From: Eledone cirrhosa
Taxonomy: Eukaryota
Reading direction: 5' to 3'
DNA: 64,000 nucleotides
NCBI GenBank assembly: GCA_964016885.1
Contig: OZ024759.1
Span: 20,026,001 to 20,090,000, forward strand
Shown here: piece by piece, positions 28,675-41,124 of the stretch
How the letters are laid out: every line of letters begins with the position of its first letter
How positions within the stretch are numbered: position 1 is the first letter of the stretch
Made by a program: the position numbers and the translations under genes
The notes under the pieces: generated by a model
What the model was told of the DNA's origin: nothing
Databases searched by the model: none
Seen by the model: only the letters and a program-made list of their open reading frames with translations

Positions 28675-29161
28675 GGAGGAGGTTATAGTTCACTTGAAGC
28701 ATTGAGTAATAATAAAGCCAAAACAATGCAGGTATGGACATACAGTTGTGAACTGGGCCTGGCTCAGGCGTAAGGAAAGGAGGAGGTTATAGTTCACTTG
28801 AAGCATTGTGTAATAATAAAGCCAAAACAATATATATATGTGTATGTATATATATATATGTATAAATATATATATATGTGTATGTATATATATATATGTA
28901 TAAATATATATATATGTGAGTATGTATATATCTATATATATATGTATAAATATATATATATATGTGTATGTATATATATATATATATGTGTATGTATATA
29001 TATATATATATGTATGTACATAAATATATGTGTGTATGTATGTATATATAAATATATATATATATATTTATATATACATACACACATATATTTATGTACA
29101 TACATATATATACATACACATATATATATTTATACATACACATATATATATTTATACATAC

Positions 29162-29191
<30 letters not shown>

Positions 29192-29193
<2 letters not shown>

Positions 29194-29335
29194 ATTGTTT
29201 ATACTTTTGTCACAAGGCCAGCAATTATCCCAGTGTATTACTGGTACTTTATTTTATCGACCCCGTAAGGATGAAAGGAAAAGTTAACCTCACCGGGATT
29301 TGAACTCAGACCAGAAGGGGCCGTAACTCTTTGAC
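29192..29335 (-). mobile_element. SINE family A
   Basis: SINE-A core, reverse orientation. Confidence 0.88.
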
Positions 29336-29383
29336 CCTTTATTTATATATATATATACTGTATATATATATAATGCATGTATG

Positions 29384-29421
<38 letters not shown>

Positions 29422-29885
29422 CACACACACACATAATCATATCTATGAAAAGCAGACAATAAGAAAAAATCTTTACTTACTTACTTTAATGTCCCTACTG
29501 TAGTTTCATTGAGAAAATAACAATACCCTAGTAGAGTATTGTAAGAAATCTCAAATTATCAGGAGACTTTCTCAATCAAGAATAATTTCAAATGGCAGAA
29601 ATATGTGATTGGTGATCAATAGGAGGATAGTATGGTGGACATTGAAAGGAAGCGTGCTGCTAGAAAAAGCAGTCCGATTAGCCAAATTTTGACTCTGCCA
29701 TAGGGGAGTGTATTACAAATTAATTGAAGAAATATATCTTTACACAAGTATAGATATATATAAAGACGTCCAACCGATAGCAAGTTTTGCTCTATGAAAG
29801 AATTAACAGGGATCAACCCATTCAGACCGTAATATAAGCATATCTATGAAAAGCAAACAAGAAAAGAAAAAAAATCTTTACTTAC

Positions 29886-30315
29886 ATCATCATCATCATC
29901 ATTTTACATCCACTTTTCCCTGCTTGCAAGGGTAGGACGGGTCCTATTCGGCACAGCATCTTTCCACTTGTCACGGTCCTTCGTCATCTCCTCTGTGAGT
30001 TTCAGCGATCTGAGGTCTGCTCGCACCACCTCCCTCCCATGTCTTTTGTGGCCTACATCTACTGCATCTTCCTTCTACTGGTATTTTTTGACACTTCTTT
30101 ACCCAGTGGTAATCCTCCATGCGCATCACATGTCCATACCATCTCAGCCTTCTCTCCTGCACACCACAACTTATCCCTCTTATACCCAGTTTCTTTCTCA
30201 ACTCGTCTATGCTTGGTCGTTCACACACATTGGCATTGCACATCCAACAGGGCATACTTGCTTCATTTCTCTCCAGCCGTCAGATATCCTCTGCAGTTGC
30301 TGCCAATGTCTCACT
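29886..30315 (-). mobile_element. RTE LINE 3' fragment
   Basis: ERRLRWYGHVMRMED..EGRCSRCRPQKTW, with (CAT)n tail at 29886. Confidence 0.88.
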
Positions 30316-30334
30316 ACACACACACATATATATA

Positions 30335-30550
30335 AGGGTCGTGGATTAGCAGTATCAGTAGAGCCGGACACCATGCTTTGCAGCATAGAGTTGCAGCCCT
30401 TTATGATCTGAGTTTAAATCCTGCCGAGGTAAACTTTGCCTTTCATCCTTACAGGGTCGATAAAATAAAGTACCAGTCACGCACTGGGGTCGATTTAATC
30501 GTCTTTCCCCTCCTCCAAAATTGCTGGCCTTGTGCCTATATAAGAAACCA
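30335..30550 (+). mobile_element. SINE family A (longer-tail subfamily)
   Basis: SINE-A core plus ggggtcgatttaatcg..cccct..aaaattgctggccttgtg. Confidence 0.88.
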
Positions 30551-30589
30551 GATATATGTCTAAAAAGTCTAAAGTCTGACTTAAGCTAG

Positions 30590-30860
30590 AAGGTTCATTT
30601 GGCCGGTGCTTATCATGGTGTGAAGCGACTGAGAGTACAAGACCCACCCCCTCCCACACACACACACACACCTAGAGAGGACGCCAGTCCATCACAGGGT
30701 TAAACCCCCAGCTATTGCTGGTACTCATTTTCAGCTAAGTATACTGGAACAACGTGAAATAAAGTATTTTGCTCAAGAACACAACACACAACCCAGGAAT
30801 CGAACCCACGACATTATGATCGTAAGTTCAACACCCTTACCACTAGGCCACATGCCTCCA
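30590..30860 (-). mobile_element. SINE family B-related copy (a homologue lies at 58073-58292, +)
   Basis: tRNA head ggttcgattcct, ttcttgagcaaaa(c/t)act, cagctgaaaatg..taccag, ggttaaccctg. Confidence 0.85.
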
Positions 30861-30862
30861 CT

Positions 30863-30934
<72 letters not shown>

Positions 30935-30937
<3 letters not shown>

Positions 30938-31322
30938 AGGCACATGGCTTAGTGGTTAGAGCATTGGCCTTGCAATCAAAAGGTTGTGAGTTCAATTCTC
31001 AGACAGGGTGATGTGTTGTTTCCTTGAGCAAGACACTTTATTTCACATTGCTCCAGTTTACTCAGCTGTAGAAATGAGATGATAGGGACTGGGGTCCCTA
31101 TCATTCCACTGTAAAGTGGTCGTGGAGGTGCCACGGCAAATAGCACCCAGCACTCACTGTAAATGAGGTTGGTGTTAGGAAGGGCATCCAGCTGGAAATC
31201 AAGCCAAAATCAGTTCCTGTATGAGCAAGACAAGGTCAGCCAACCGGACACTGCCCACAACAGGACAACCCGTCTAACCCATGCTAGCGTGGAAGAATGG
31301 ATGTAAAACGATGATGATGATG
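30935..31322 (+). mobile_element. SINE family B, full length
   Basis: A box tggcttagtggtt, B box gagttcaattc, central ccttgagcaagacactt, RTE tail and (GAT)n. Confidence 0.92.
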
Positions 31323-31446
31323 ATATATATGACAAAAGACCAAGGTTTAACAATTTATATTCAGGATTTTATTGTGCATAGAGGTTCTCTTACCTGACCA
31401 AAGACAATACTGAAGTACTCAATTATAATCACCTATATTATATTAT

Positions 31447-31566
31447 GGTCTGAGTTCAAATCCCGTCGAGGTTAACTTTGCCTTTCATCCTTACTGCGTC
31501 GATAAAATAAAGTACCTGTAATGTACTGGGTAATTGGTGGCCTTGTGACAAAAGTAGAACCAATTA
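31447..31566 (+). mobile_element. SINE family A, 5'-truncated
   Basis: SINE-A core from the B-box onward. Confidence 0.85.
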
Positions 31567-31759
31567 TATGTGTGTGTGTTTCTATGGTCTTCAAGATATA
31601 GATAACATGAGAGACTTCAAAAGACTTTATCAGAAAAAATAACTTGTGTGTCTGTAACAAGTTTTGATTGAAAACGCATCAATTTTAAGTGTAAGCCAGT
31701 CATCATAAAAACGTTGACTGTCTTCGATAGTATGGATAATTCTTATATGTGGCCCTCAT

Positions 31760-31978
31760 TTAACCCTTTAGCATTTACATTACTCTATATTTACTATTAT
31801 ATTTTCATGGTAAAGGCTTTACCTCACATAATTATCTCACATAATATCGAATCTATGAGATTTTGATATTATTTATTTTGTGAACAAAAGCTTAACATCA
31901 GTATAAGCTGCTGGTTACAGCAGAAAGAGGTGAGAGAATTCTGATTGGATACAGCCAGTTTAAATGTTAAAGGGCTAA
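31760..31978 (+). mobile_element. piggyBac-type MITE (TTAA TSD, CCCTTTAGCATT TIR)
   Basis: ttaa|ccctttagcatt...aatgttaaagggc|taa, with conserved body ctcacataattatctcacataatatcgaatctatgagattttgat. Confidence 0.85.
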
Positions 31979-32068
31979 ATTTGGAATATTAATTTGACCC
32001 CTTTATGCAAAAGGGTTGGGAATCTCTGATTTAATTAAATTATTTTATTCAATTATTGTTCTTTCCAG

Positions 32069-32263
32069 GCAGCAGAAATTCTACGAGAAGCCATAAACAA
32101 TTCTTGTATGTTGAAAAGATGGGTGGCATCTTACTGTCTCGGATATTTCCAGCTTTGGGACTCGGATACAATCAATGAACAGGTCAGACAAATATTCATG
32201 ATGCCGCCATCGGAGAAAATGGGGCTTGGAATTGAACTACTGGTTACACTCAGTGAGGAAACG
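32069..32263 (+). CDS. HEATR4: Internal coding exon (195 nt, phase 0/0) of a HEAT repeat-containing protein 4-like gene
   Basis: Acceptor ttgttctttccag and donor ACG|gtatgt flank an open 65-codon frame, AAEILREAINNSCMLKRWVASYCLGYFQLWDSDTINEQVRQIFMMPPSEKMGLGIELLVTLSEET. It aligns without gaps to the human HEATR4 segment as recalled ([24 protein letters not shown]...HQLF...LLSYLSEKT), sharing W-x-A-x-x-CL, Q-x-F and LL-x-x-LSE-x-T. No database search was run. Confidence 0.72.
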
Positions 32264-32296
32264 GTATGTTTGTTTTTTAGAAATTATTATTACTAT

Positions 32297-32826
32297 ACGG
32301 CCTTTGCCATTCTGAGTTCAAATCCCTCCGAGGTTAACTTTGCCTTTCATCCTTACAGGGTCGATAAAATAAAGTACCAGTAATGTACTGGGTAATCTCT
32401 GGCCTTGTGCCAAACGTAGAAACAATTATTACTATTGTCATTGGGTTGGCAGTATCAGTAGAGGGTCGGATGCCATGCTTTGACGCATAGAGTTACGGCC
32501 CTTACCATTCAGAGTTCAAATCCCGCCGAGGTTAACTTTGCCTTTCATCCTTACAGGGTCGATAAAATAAAGTACCAGTAATGTACTGGGTAATCTCTGG
32601 CCTTGTGCCAAACGTAGAAACAATTATTACTATTGTCATTGGGTTGGCAGTATCAGTAGAGGGTCGGATGCCATGCTTTGACGCATAGAGTTACGGCCCT
32701 TACCATTCAGAGTTCAAATCCCGCCGAGGTTAACTTTGCCTTTCATCCTTACAGGGTCGATAAAATAAAGTACCAGTAATGTACTGGGTAATTTCTGGCC
32801 TTGTGCCAAAAGTAGAAACAATTATT
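32297..32826 (+). mobile_element. Three tandem tRNA-derived SINE-A copies (198-bp period)
   Basis: gagttcaaatcccgccgaggttaactttgcctttcatccttacagggtcgataaaataaagtaccagtaatgtactggg repeated; gggttggcag occurs at ~32443 and 32641. Confidence 0.92.
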
Positions 32827-32918
32827 ACTATTGTCATTTTGTTTATCTTGCTTTATGTTCATACGAGTTATCACAAACAGTGACGTCAGGAGACAACAAC
32901 GTCCACCATGTTCAAGAA

Positions 32919-32952
<34 letters not shown>

Positions 32953-32959
32953 GTATCTT

Positions 32960-33330
32960 TAGGTGTTTACACTTGTGATATACTTATATTGGCAGAATTA
33001 TCCTCAGTATATGGGCAGTTCCCATTAGTACTATCTTCGTATTTCTTCTATACACGGGTTTCTCAGTGCTCCCATAATCACTGGTATTGTAACGGCCTTT
33101 AGGTGTTTTCAATTTCAATAAGCAGATCTTTACATTTTCTAAGCTTCTCAAATTCTTTTGCCATGATATTGGGATCACATTGGATGCTCATATCAATCAA
33201 TAAACAGACCTTGTTATGTTGGTCTTTTACAATGATATTTGGTCTATTAGCTTTTATGGTCCTGTCATTGTGTACAGGAAAGTCCAAAAGAATCGTTACT
33301 TTTTCTCCTTCAGTTACTGCCACAGGGGAA
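32960..33330 (-). mobile_element. R4/Dong-like (restriction-like endonuclease) non-LTR retrotransposon 3' fragment
   Basis: TILLDFPVHNDRTIKANRPNIIVKD..CLLIDMSIQCDPNIMAKEFEKLRKCKDLLIEI and KIVLMGTAHILR, the degenerate PD..D..KE.EK..KY RLE domain. Confidence 0.85.
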
Positions 33331-33334
33331 CCAA

Positions 33335-34140
33335 AGATATTTAAATACACGGCATTAACTAACCGATTATTTTGGCGGGGGAGCTTATCACCGTTGTGAC
33401 CTCTGCTGACCTTGGTCTGGGGGTCTACCAAAAATGAATAGATGATAAGATACCAGACATTGATCGGCCATTTAGTTTTTGTCCTGGTCAACAGACCTCA
33501 GGTGTCCCTCTGGTCTTTGGAGTTACAGAGATGAGTGAAATATGACCGAATACCAGGTGTTGTCTGACGGATTTCTTTTTATACCAGTCACCTTTGAGAC
33601 TTCTGGTGTCCTCAGTCCTTGGACTGTTGCAGAGGAGCAGGGTAGGACTAAATACCAGGCACTGACTGACTGATACCTTTTGAAGGAGGGGGGGGCTGTC
33701 ACCATTGAGATCTCCAGTGTCCTCAATCTCCACATTGTTATAGAGGAACTATGACTAAATAGCAGATATTGACTGACCGAATCTTTGCGGCGGGGGGGTC
33801 ACCATTGTGACCCCTTGTGTCCTCAATCCCTACATTGCCATAGAGGAGCTATGACTAAATACCAGGCACTGACTGACTCATACCTTTTGGGTGGGTGGGG
33901 TGGGGGATGGGAGGCTGTCACCATTGAGACCTCCTGTGACCCAGGTGGCTGGACTGCTGTAGGAGAGCAGAATAGGACTAAATACTTGGATTAACTGACC
34001 AATTCTTTTTTGGTGTCTGTCACCATTGTGACATTTGGACTGCTATAGATGAGATGTTGATGACCAAATACCTGGCATTGATTGATGATTATATTTTTGC
34101 CCTGGTCATCATTGTGAAATCTGGTTACCTTGGTGTTTCA
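33335..34140. repeat. Diverged older monomers of the 97-bp satellite (left flank; a similar right flank lies at ~39611-39800)
   Basis: Degenerate recurring motifs ggactg..agaggag..gactaaataccagg..gactgac..gtcaccattg..cctcag, with indels. Confidence 0.85.
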
Positions 34141-37100
34141 GACTGCTACAGATGAGTGTAAGATGACCAAATACCAGGTATTGACTGACCTTTTGTGTAC
34201 CGGTCATTATTGAAACCCCTGGTGTCTTCAGTCCCTGGACTGCCACAGAGGAATGTAAGATGACCAAATACCAGGTATTGACTGACCTTTTGTGTACCGG
34301 TCATTATTGAAACCTCTGGTGTCTTCAGTCCCTGGACTGCTACAGATGAGTGTAAGATGTCCAAATACCAGGTATTGACTGACCTTTTGTGTACCGGTCA
34401 TTATTGAAACCTCTGGTGTCTTCAGTCCCTGGACTGCTACAGATGAGTGTAAGATGACCAAATACCAGGTATTGACTGACCTTTTGTGTACCGGTCATTA
34501 TTAAAACCTCTGGTGTCTTCAGTCCCTGGACTGCTACAGATGAGTGTAAGATGACCAAATACCAGGTATTGACTGACCTTTTGTGTACCGGTCATTATTA
34601 AAAACCCTGGTGTCTTCAGTCCCTGGACTGCTACAGATGAGTGTAAGATGACCAAATACCAGGTATTGACTGACCTTTTGTGTACCGGTCATTATTAAAA
34701 ACCCTGGTGTCTTCAGTCCCTGGACTGCTACAGATGAGTGTAAGATGACCAAATACCAGGTATTGACTGACCTTTTGTGTACCGGTCATTATTGAAATCT
34801 CTGGTGTCTTCAGTCCCTGGACTGCTACAGATGAGTGTAAGATGACCAAATACCAGGTATTGACTGACCTTTTGTGTACCGGTCATTATTGAAACCCCTG
34901 GTGTCTTCAGTCCCTGGACTGCTACAGATGAGTGTAAGATGACCAAATACCAGGTATTGACTGACCTTTGGTGTACCGGTCATTATTGAAACCCCTGGTG
35001 TCTTCAGTCCCAGGACTGCTACAGATGAGTGTAAGATGACCAAATACCAGGTATTGACTGACCTTTTGTGTACCGGTCATTATTGAAACCCCTGGTGTCT
35101 TCAGTCCCTGGACTGCTACAGATGAGTGTAAGATGACCAAATACCAGGTATTGACTGACCTTTTGTGTACCGGTCATTATTGAAACCCCTGGTGTCTTCA
35201 GTCCCTGGACTGCTACAGATGAGTGTAAGATGACCAAATACCAGGTATTGACTGACCTTTGGTGTACCGGTCATTATTGAAACCTCTGGTGTCTTCAGTC
35301 CCTGGACTGCTACAGATGAGTGTAAGATGACCAAATACCAGGTATTGACTGACCTTTTGTGTACCGGTCATTATTGAAACCCCTGGTGTCTTCAGTCCCT
35401 GGACTGCTACAGATGAGTGTAAGATGACCAAATACCAGGTATTGACTGACCTTTTGTGTACCGGTCATTATTAAAAACCCTGGTGTCTTCAGTCCCTGGA
35501 CTGCTACAGATGAGTGTAAGATGACCAAATACCAGGTATTGACTGACCTTTGGTGTACCGGTCATTATTGAAACCTCTGGTGTCTTCAGTCCCTGGACTG
35601 CTACAGATGAGTGTAAGATGACCAAATACCAGGTATTGACTGACCTTTTGTGTACCGGTCATTATTAAAAACCCTGGTGTCTTCAGTCCCTGGACTGCCA
35701 CAGAGGAATGTAAGATGACCAAATACCAGGTATTGACTGACCTTTTGTGTACCGGTCATTATTGAAACCCCTGGTGTCTTCAGTCCCTGGACTGCTACAG
35801 ATGAGTGTAAGATGTCCAAATACCAGGTATTGACTGACCTTTTGTGTACCGGTCATTATTGAAACCCCTGGTGTCTTCAGTCCCTGGACTGCTACAGATG
35901 AGTGTAAGATGTCCAAATACCAGGTATTGACTGACCTTTTGTGTACCGGTCATTATTGAAACCTCTGGTGTCTTCAGTCCCTGGACTGCTACAGATGAGT
36001 GTAAGATGACCAAATACCAGGTATTGACTGACCTTTGGTGTACCGGTCATTATTGAAAACCCTGGTGTCTTCAGTCCCTGGACTGCTACAGATGAGTGTA
36101 AGATGACCAAATACCAGGTATTGACTGACCTTTGGTGTACCGGTCATTATTGAAACCCCTGGTGTCTTCAGTCCCTGGACTGCTACAGATGAGTGTAAGA
36201 TGACCAAATACCAGGTATTGACTGACCTTTGGTGTACCGGTCATTATTGAAAACCCTGGTGTCTTCAGTCCCTGGACTGCTACAGATGAGTGTAAGATGA
36301 CCAAATACCAGGTATTGACTGACCTTTGGTGTACCGGTCATTATTGAAACCTCTGGTGTCTTCAGTCCCTGGACTGCTACAGATGAGTGTAAGATGACCA
36401 AATACCAGGTATTGACTGACCTTTTGTGTACCGGTCATTATTGAAACCCCTGGTGTCTTCAGTCCCTGGACTGCTACAGATGAGTGTAAGATGACCAAAT
36501 ACCAGGTATTGACTGACCTTTTGTGTACCGGTCATTATTAAAAACCCTGGTGTCTTCAGTCCCTGGACTGCTGCAGATGAGTGTAAGATGACCAAATACC
36601 AGGTATTGACTGACCTTTTGTGTACCGGTCATTATTAAAAACCCTGGTGTCTTCAGTCCCTGGACTGCTACAGATGAGTGTAAGATGACCAAATACCAGG
36701 TATTGATTGATCTTTTGTGTACCGGTCATTATTGAAACCCCTGGTGTCTTCAGTCCCTGGACTGCTACAGATGAGTGTAAGATGACCAAATACCAGGTAT
36801 TGACTGACCTTTTGTGTACCGGTCATTATTAAAAACCCTGGTGTCTTCAGTCCCTGGACTGCTACAGATGAGTGTAAGATGACCAAATACCAGGTATTGA
36901 TTGATCTTTTGTGTACCGGTCATTATTGAAACCCCTGGTGTCTTCAGTCCCTGGACTGCTACAGATGAGTGTAAGATGACCAAATACCAGGTATTGACTG
37001 ACCTTTTGTGTACCGGTCATTATTAAAAACCCTGGTGTCTTCAGTCCCTGGACTGCTACAGATGAGTGTAAGATGACCAAATACCAGGTATTGACTGACC

Positions 37101-39610
37101 TTTGGTGTACCGGTCATTATTGAAAACCCTGGTGTCTTCAGTCCCTGGACTGCTACAGATGAGTGTAAGATGACCAAATACCAGGTATTGACTGACCTTT
37201 GGTGTACCGGTCATTATTGAAACCTCTGGTGTCTTCAGTCCCTGGACTGCTACAGATGAGTGTAAGATGACCAAATACCAGGTATTGACTGACCTTTTGT
37301 GTACCGGTCATTATTGAAACCCCTGGTGTCTTCAGTCCCTGGACTGCTACAGATGAGTGTAAGATGACCAAATACCAGGTATTGACTGACCTTTTGTGTA
37401 CCGGTCATTATTAAAAACCCTGGTGTCTTCAGTCCCAGGACTGCTACAGATGAGTGTAAGATGACCAAATACCAGATATTGACTGACCTTTTGTGTACCG
37501 GTCATTATTGAAACCCCTGGTGTCTTCAGTCCCTGGACTGCTACAGATGAGTGTAAGATGACCAAATACCAGGTATTGACTGACCTTTTGTGTACCGGTC
37601 ATTATTGAAAACCCTGGTGTCTTCAGTCCCTGGACTGCTACAGATGAGTGTAAGATGACCAAATACCAGGTATTGACTGACCTTTGGTGTACCGGTCATT
37701 ATTGAAACCTCTGGTGTCTTCAGTCCCTGGACTGCTACAGATGAGTGTAAGATGACCAAATACCAGGTATTGACTGACCTTTTGTGTACCGGTCATTATT
37801 GAAACCTCTGGTGTCTTCAGTCCCTGGACTGCTACAGATGAGTGTAAGATGACCAAATACCAGGTATTGACTGACCTTTTGTGTACCGGTCATTATTGAA
37901 ACCCCTGGTGTCTTCAGTCCCTGGACTGCTACAGATGAGTGTAAGATGACCAAATACCAGGTATTGACTGACCTTTTGTGTACCGGTCATTATTAAAAAC
38001 CCTGGTGTCTTCAGTCCCTGGACTGCTACAGATGAGTGTAAGATGACCAAATACCAGGTATTGACTGACCTTTGGTGTACCGGTCATTATTGAAAACCCT
38101 GGTGTCTTCAGTCCCTGGACTGCTACAGATGAGTGTAAGATGACCAAATACCAGGTATTGACTGACCTTTGGTGTACCGGTCATTATTGAAACCTCTGGT
38201 GTCTTCAGTCCCTGGACTGCTACAGATGAGTGTAAGATGACCAAATACCAGGTATTGACTGACCTTTTGTGTACCGGTCATTATTGAAACCCCTGGTGTC
38301 TTCAGTCCCTGGACTGCTACAGATGAGTGTAAGATGACCAAATACCAGGTATTGACTGACCTTTTGTGTACCGGTCATTATTAAAAACCCTGGTGTCTTC
38401 AGTCCCAGGACTGCTACAGATGAGTGTAAGATGACCAAATACCAGATATTGACTGACCTTTTGTGTACCGGTCATTATTGAAACCCCTGGTGTCTTCAGT
38501 CCCTGGACTGCTACAGATGAGTGTAAGATGACCAAATACCAGGTATTGACTGACCTTTTGTGTACCGGTCATTATTGAAAACCCTGGTGTCTTCAGTCCC
38601 AGGACTGCTACAGATGAGTGTAAGATGACCAAATACCAGATATTGACTGACCTTTTGTGTACCGGTCATTATTGAAACCCCTGGTGTCTTCAGTCCCTGG
38701 ACTGCTACAGATGAGTGTAAGATGACCAAATACCAGGTATTGACTGACCTTTTGTGTACCGGTCATTATTGAAAACCCTGGTGTCTTCAGTCCCAGGACT
38801 GCTACAGATGAGTGTAAGATGACCAAATACCAGATATTGACTGACCTTTTGTGTACCGGTCATTATTGAAACCCCTGGTGTCTTCAGTCCCTGGACTGCT
38901 ACAGATGAGTGTAAGATGACCAAATACCAGGTATTGACTGACCTTTTGTGTACCGGTCATTATTGAAAACCCTGGTGTCTTCAGTCCCTGGACTGCTACA
39001 GATGAGTGTAAGATGACCAAATACCAGGTATTGACTGACCTTTTGTGTACCGGTCATTATTGAAACCTCTGGTGTCTTCAGTCCCTGGACTGCTACAGAT
39101 GAGTGTAAGATGACCAAATACCAGGTATTGACTGACCTTTTGTGTACCGGTCATTATTGAAACCCCTGGTGTCTTCAGTCCCTGGACTGCTACAGATGAG
39201 TGTAAGATGACCAAATACCAGGTATTGACTGACCTTTTGTGTACCGGTCATTATTAAAAACCCTGGTGTCTTCAGTCCCTGGACTGCTACAGATGAGTGT
39301 AAGATGACCAAATACCAGGTATTGACTGACCTTTTGTGTACCGGTCATTATTGAAACCTCTGGTGTCTTCAGTCCCTGGACTGCTACAGATGAGTGTAAG
39401 ATGACCAAATACCAGGTATTGACTGACCTTTTGTGTACCGGTCATTATTGAAACCCCTGGTGTCTACAGTCCCTGGACTGCTACAGATGAGTGTAAGATG
39501 ACCAAATACCAGGTATTGACTGACCTTTTGTGTACCGGTCATTATTGAAACCCCTGGTGTCTTCAGTCCCTGGACTGCTACAGATGAGTGTAAGATGACC
39601 AAATACCAGG
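34141..39610. repeat. Homogeneous 97-bp tandem satellite, ~56 copies
   Basis: Unit CTGCTACAGATGAGTGTAAGATGACCAAATACCAGGTATTGACTGACCTTTTGTGTACCGGTCATTATTGAAACCCCTGGTGTCTTCAGTCCCTGGA. The ORF track repeats with an exact 97-nt period. Only a few variable positions. Confidence 0.98.
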
Positions 39611-40233
39611 TGATGATGGATCAATTCTTTTTATGGTGTGTGGGGGGGGGGGAGAGCCTGGTCACCCTTATGACCTCAGGTGACCCTGATCCTTGGACTA
39701 CCACAGAGGAGCATAATATGATTAATACCAGGAACAGACTGACCAATAGTTGTTTATTTTTGTGTGTTGGTCACCATTTTGACCTCCAGTCCTCAGTCTC
39801 TTCAACTGACATCTTCCCTTTGCCAAAGGTAATAAACCCATGAGGTGGAATGTCTGAGGCAGCGGGTATCACTGGCTGTTTTCCCTGGCAACGCTTTCGT
39901 ATGTCTTTGGCTGACTAATATATTGGCAATAGATACTCATATTAATAAGAAAAAAGAGAAAAACCTGTCCTTTATCAACAAAGTATGCAGTGGTTCTGTT
40001 GCAAGTGTGTATATATATATATATATGTGTGTGTGTGTATGTATTTGTGTGTGTGTGTGAGTATATATATATTTATTTATACACACACACACTCTCATAT
40101 ATATATGTATATATATCTATATATGTGTGTGTTTGTGGATGTGTATGTGTCTATATATATATGTGTGTGTGTGTGTGTATATATATATTTATACACACAC
40201 TCATATATATATGTATATATATCTATGTGTATG

Positions 40234-40444
<211 letters not shown>

Positions 40445-40528
40445 CATACATATATATATAATATATATATATATATATACACATATATATATATATTATA
40501 TATATATATATATACATACATATATATA

Positions 40529-40568
<40 letters not shown>

Positions 40569-40590
40569 TATATATACATACATATATATA

Positions 40591-40628
<38 letters not shown>

Positions 40629-40751
40629 TATATATACATACATATATATATATATATTATGTATATATATATATATATATAATATATATATATATACATA
40701 CATATATATATATATATTATGTATATATATATATATAATATATATATATAT

Positions 40752-40782
<31 letters not shown>

Positions 40783-40790
40783 ATATATAT

Positions 40791-40822
<32 letters not shown>

Positions 40823-40892
40823 ATATATATATATACACACACATATACATACATATATATGTTTGTGTGTATATATACAATTGTGTGTATAT

Positions 40893-41124
40893 ATCAATTA
40901 AATTTTATTATACATATTTCAGAGGTACAACAGTACGTCCTCATCAGACAAAATATAATTATACATGACATACCCTGAGATGTTAAATGGTTAAGATTTA
41001 ATCAAGGTAGGTTGATTAAATCTTAACCATTTAACATCTCAGGGTATGTCATGTATAATTATATTTTGTCTGATGAGGACGTACTGTTGTACCTCTGAAA
41101 TATGTATAATAAAATTTAATTGAT
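40893..41124. repeat. Perfect fold-back palindrome, 113-bp arms and 6-nt loop, carrying hammerhead motifs
   Basis: 40893-41005 is the reverse complement of 41012-41124 (loop ggtagg). Confidence 0.95.
41057..41121 (+). ncRNA. Minimal type-I hammerhead ribozyme motif (Penelope pLTR type); an antisense mirror copy lies in the left arm of the palindrome
   Basis: Stem I attttgt/ataaaat (extendable); core CTGATGA at 41070; stem II gga-c-gtac-tgtt-gtac-c-tct; GAAA at 41097; quasi-palindromic stem III ATATGTAT; AUA cleavage triplet ending at 41108. Confidence 0.75.

Noticed and set aside
29560-29800. Possible Penelope GIY-YIG coding remnant or host exon
   Set aside because: Stops interrupt the frames examined and no diagnostic motif can be read with confidence.
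30935-31005. tRNA gene
   Set aside because: A and B boxes are present but the sequence continues into the SINE body with no acceptor stem. It is a SINE head.
34146-39602. About 55 repeated 72-aa minus-strand ORFs suggesting a tandem gene family
   Set aside because: They result from the 97-bp period (not a multiple of 3), overlap each other, start at non-ATG codons and show no protein features.
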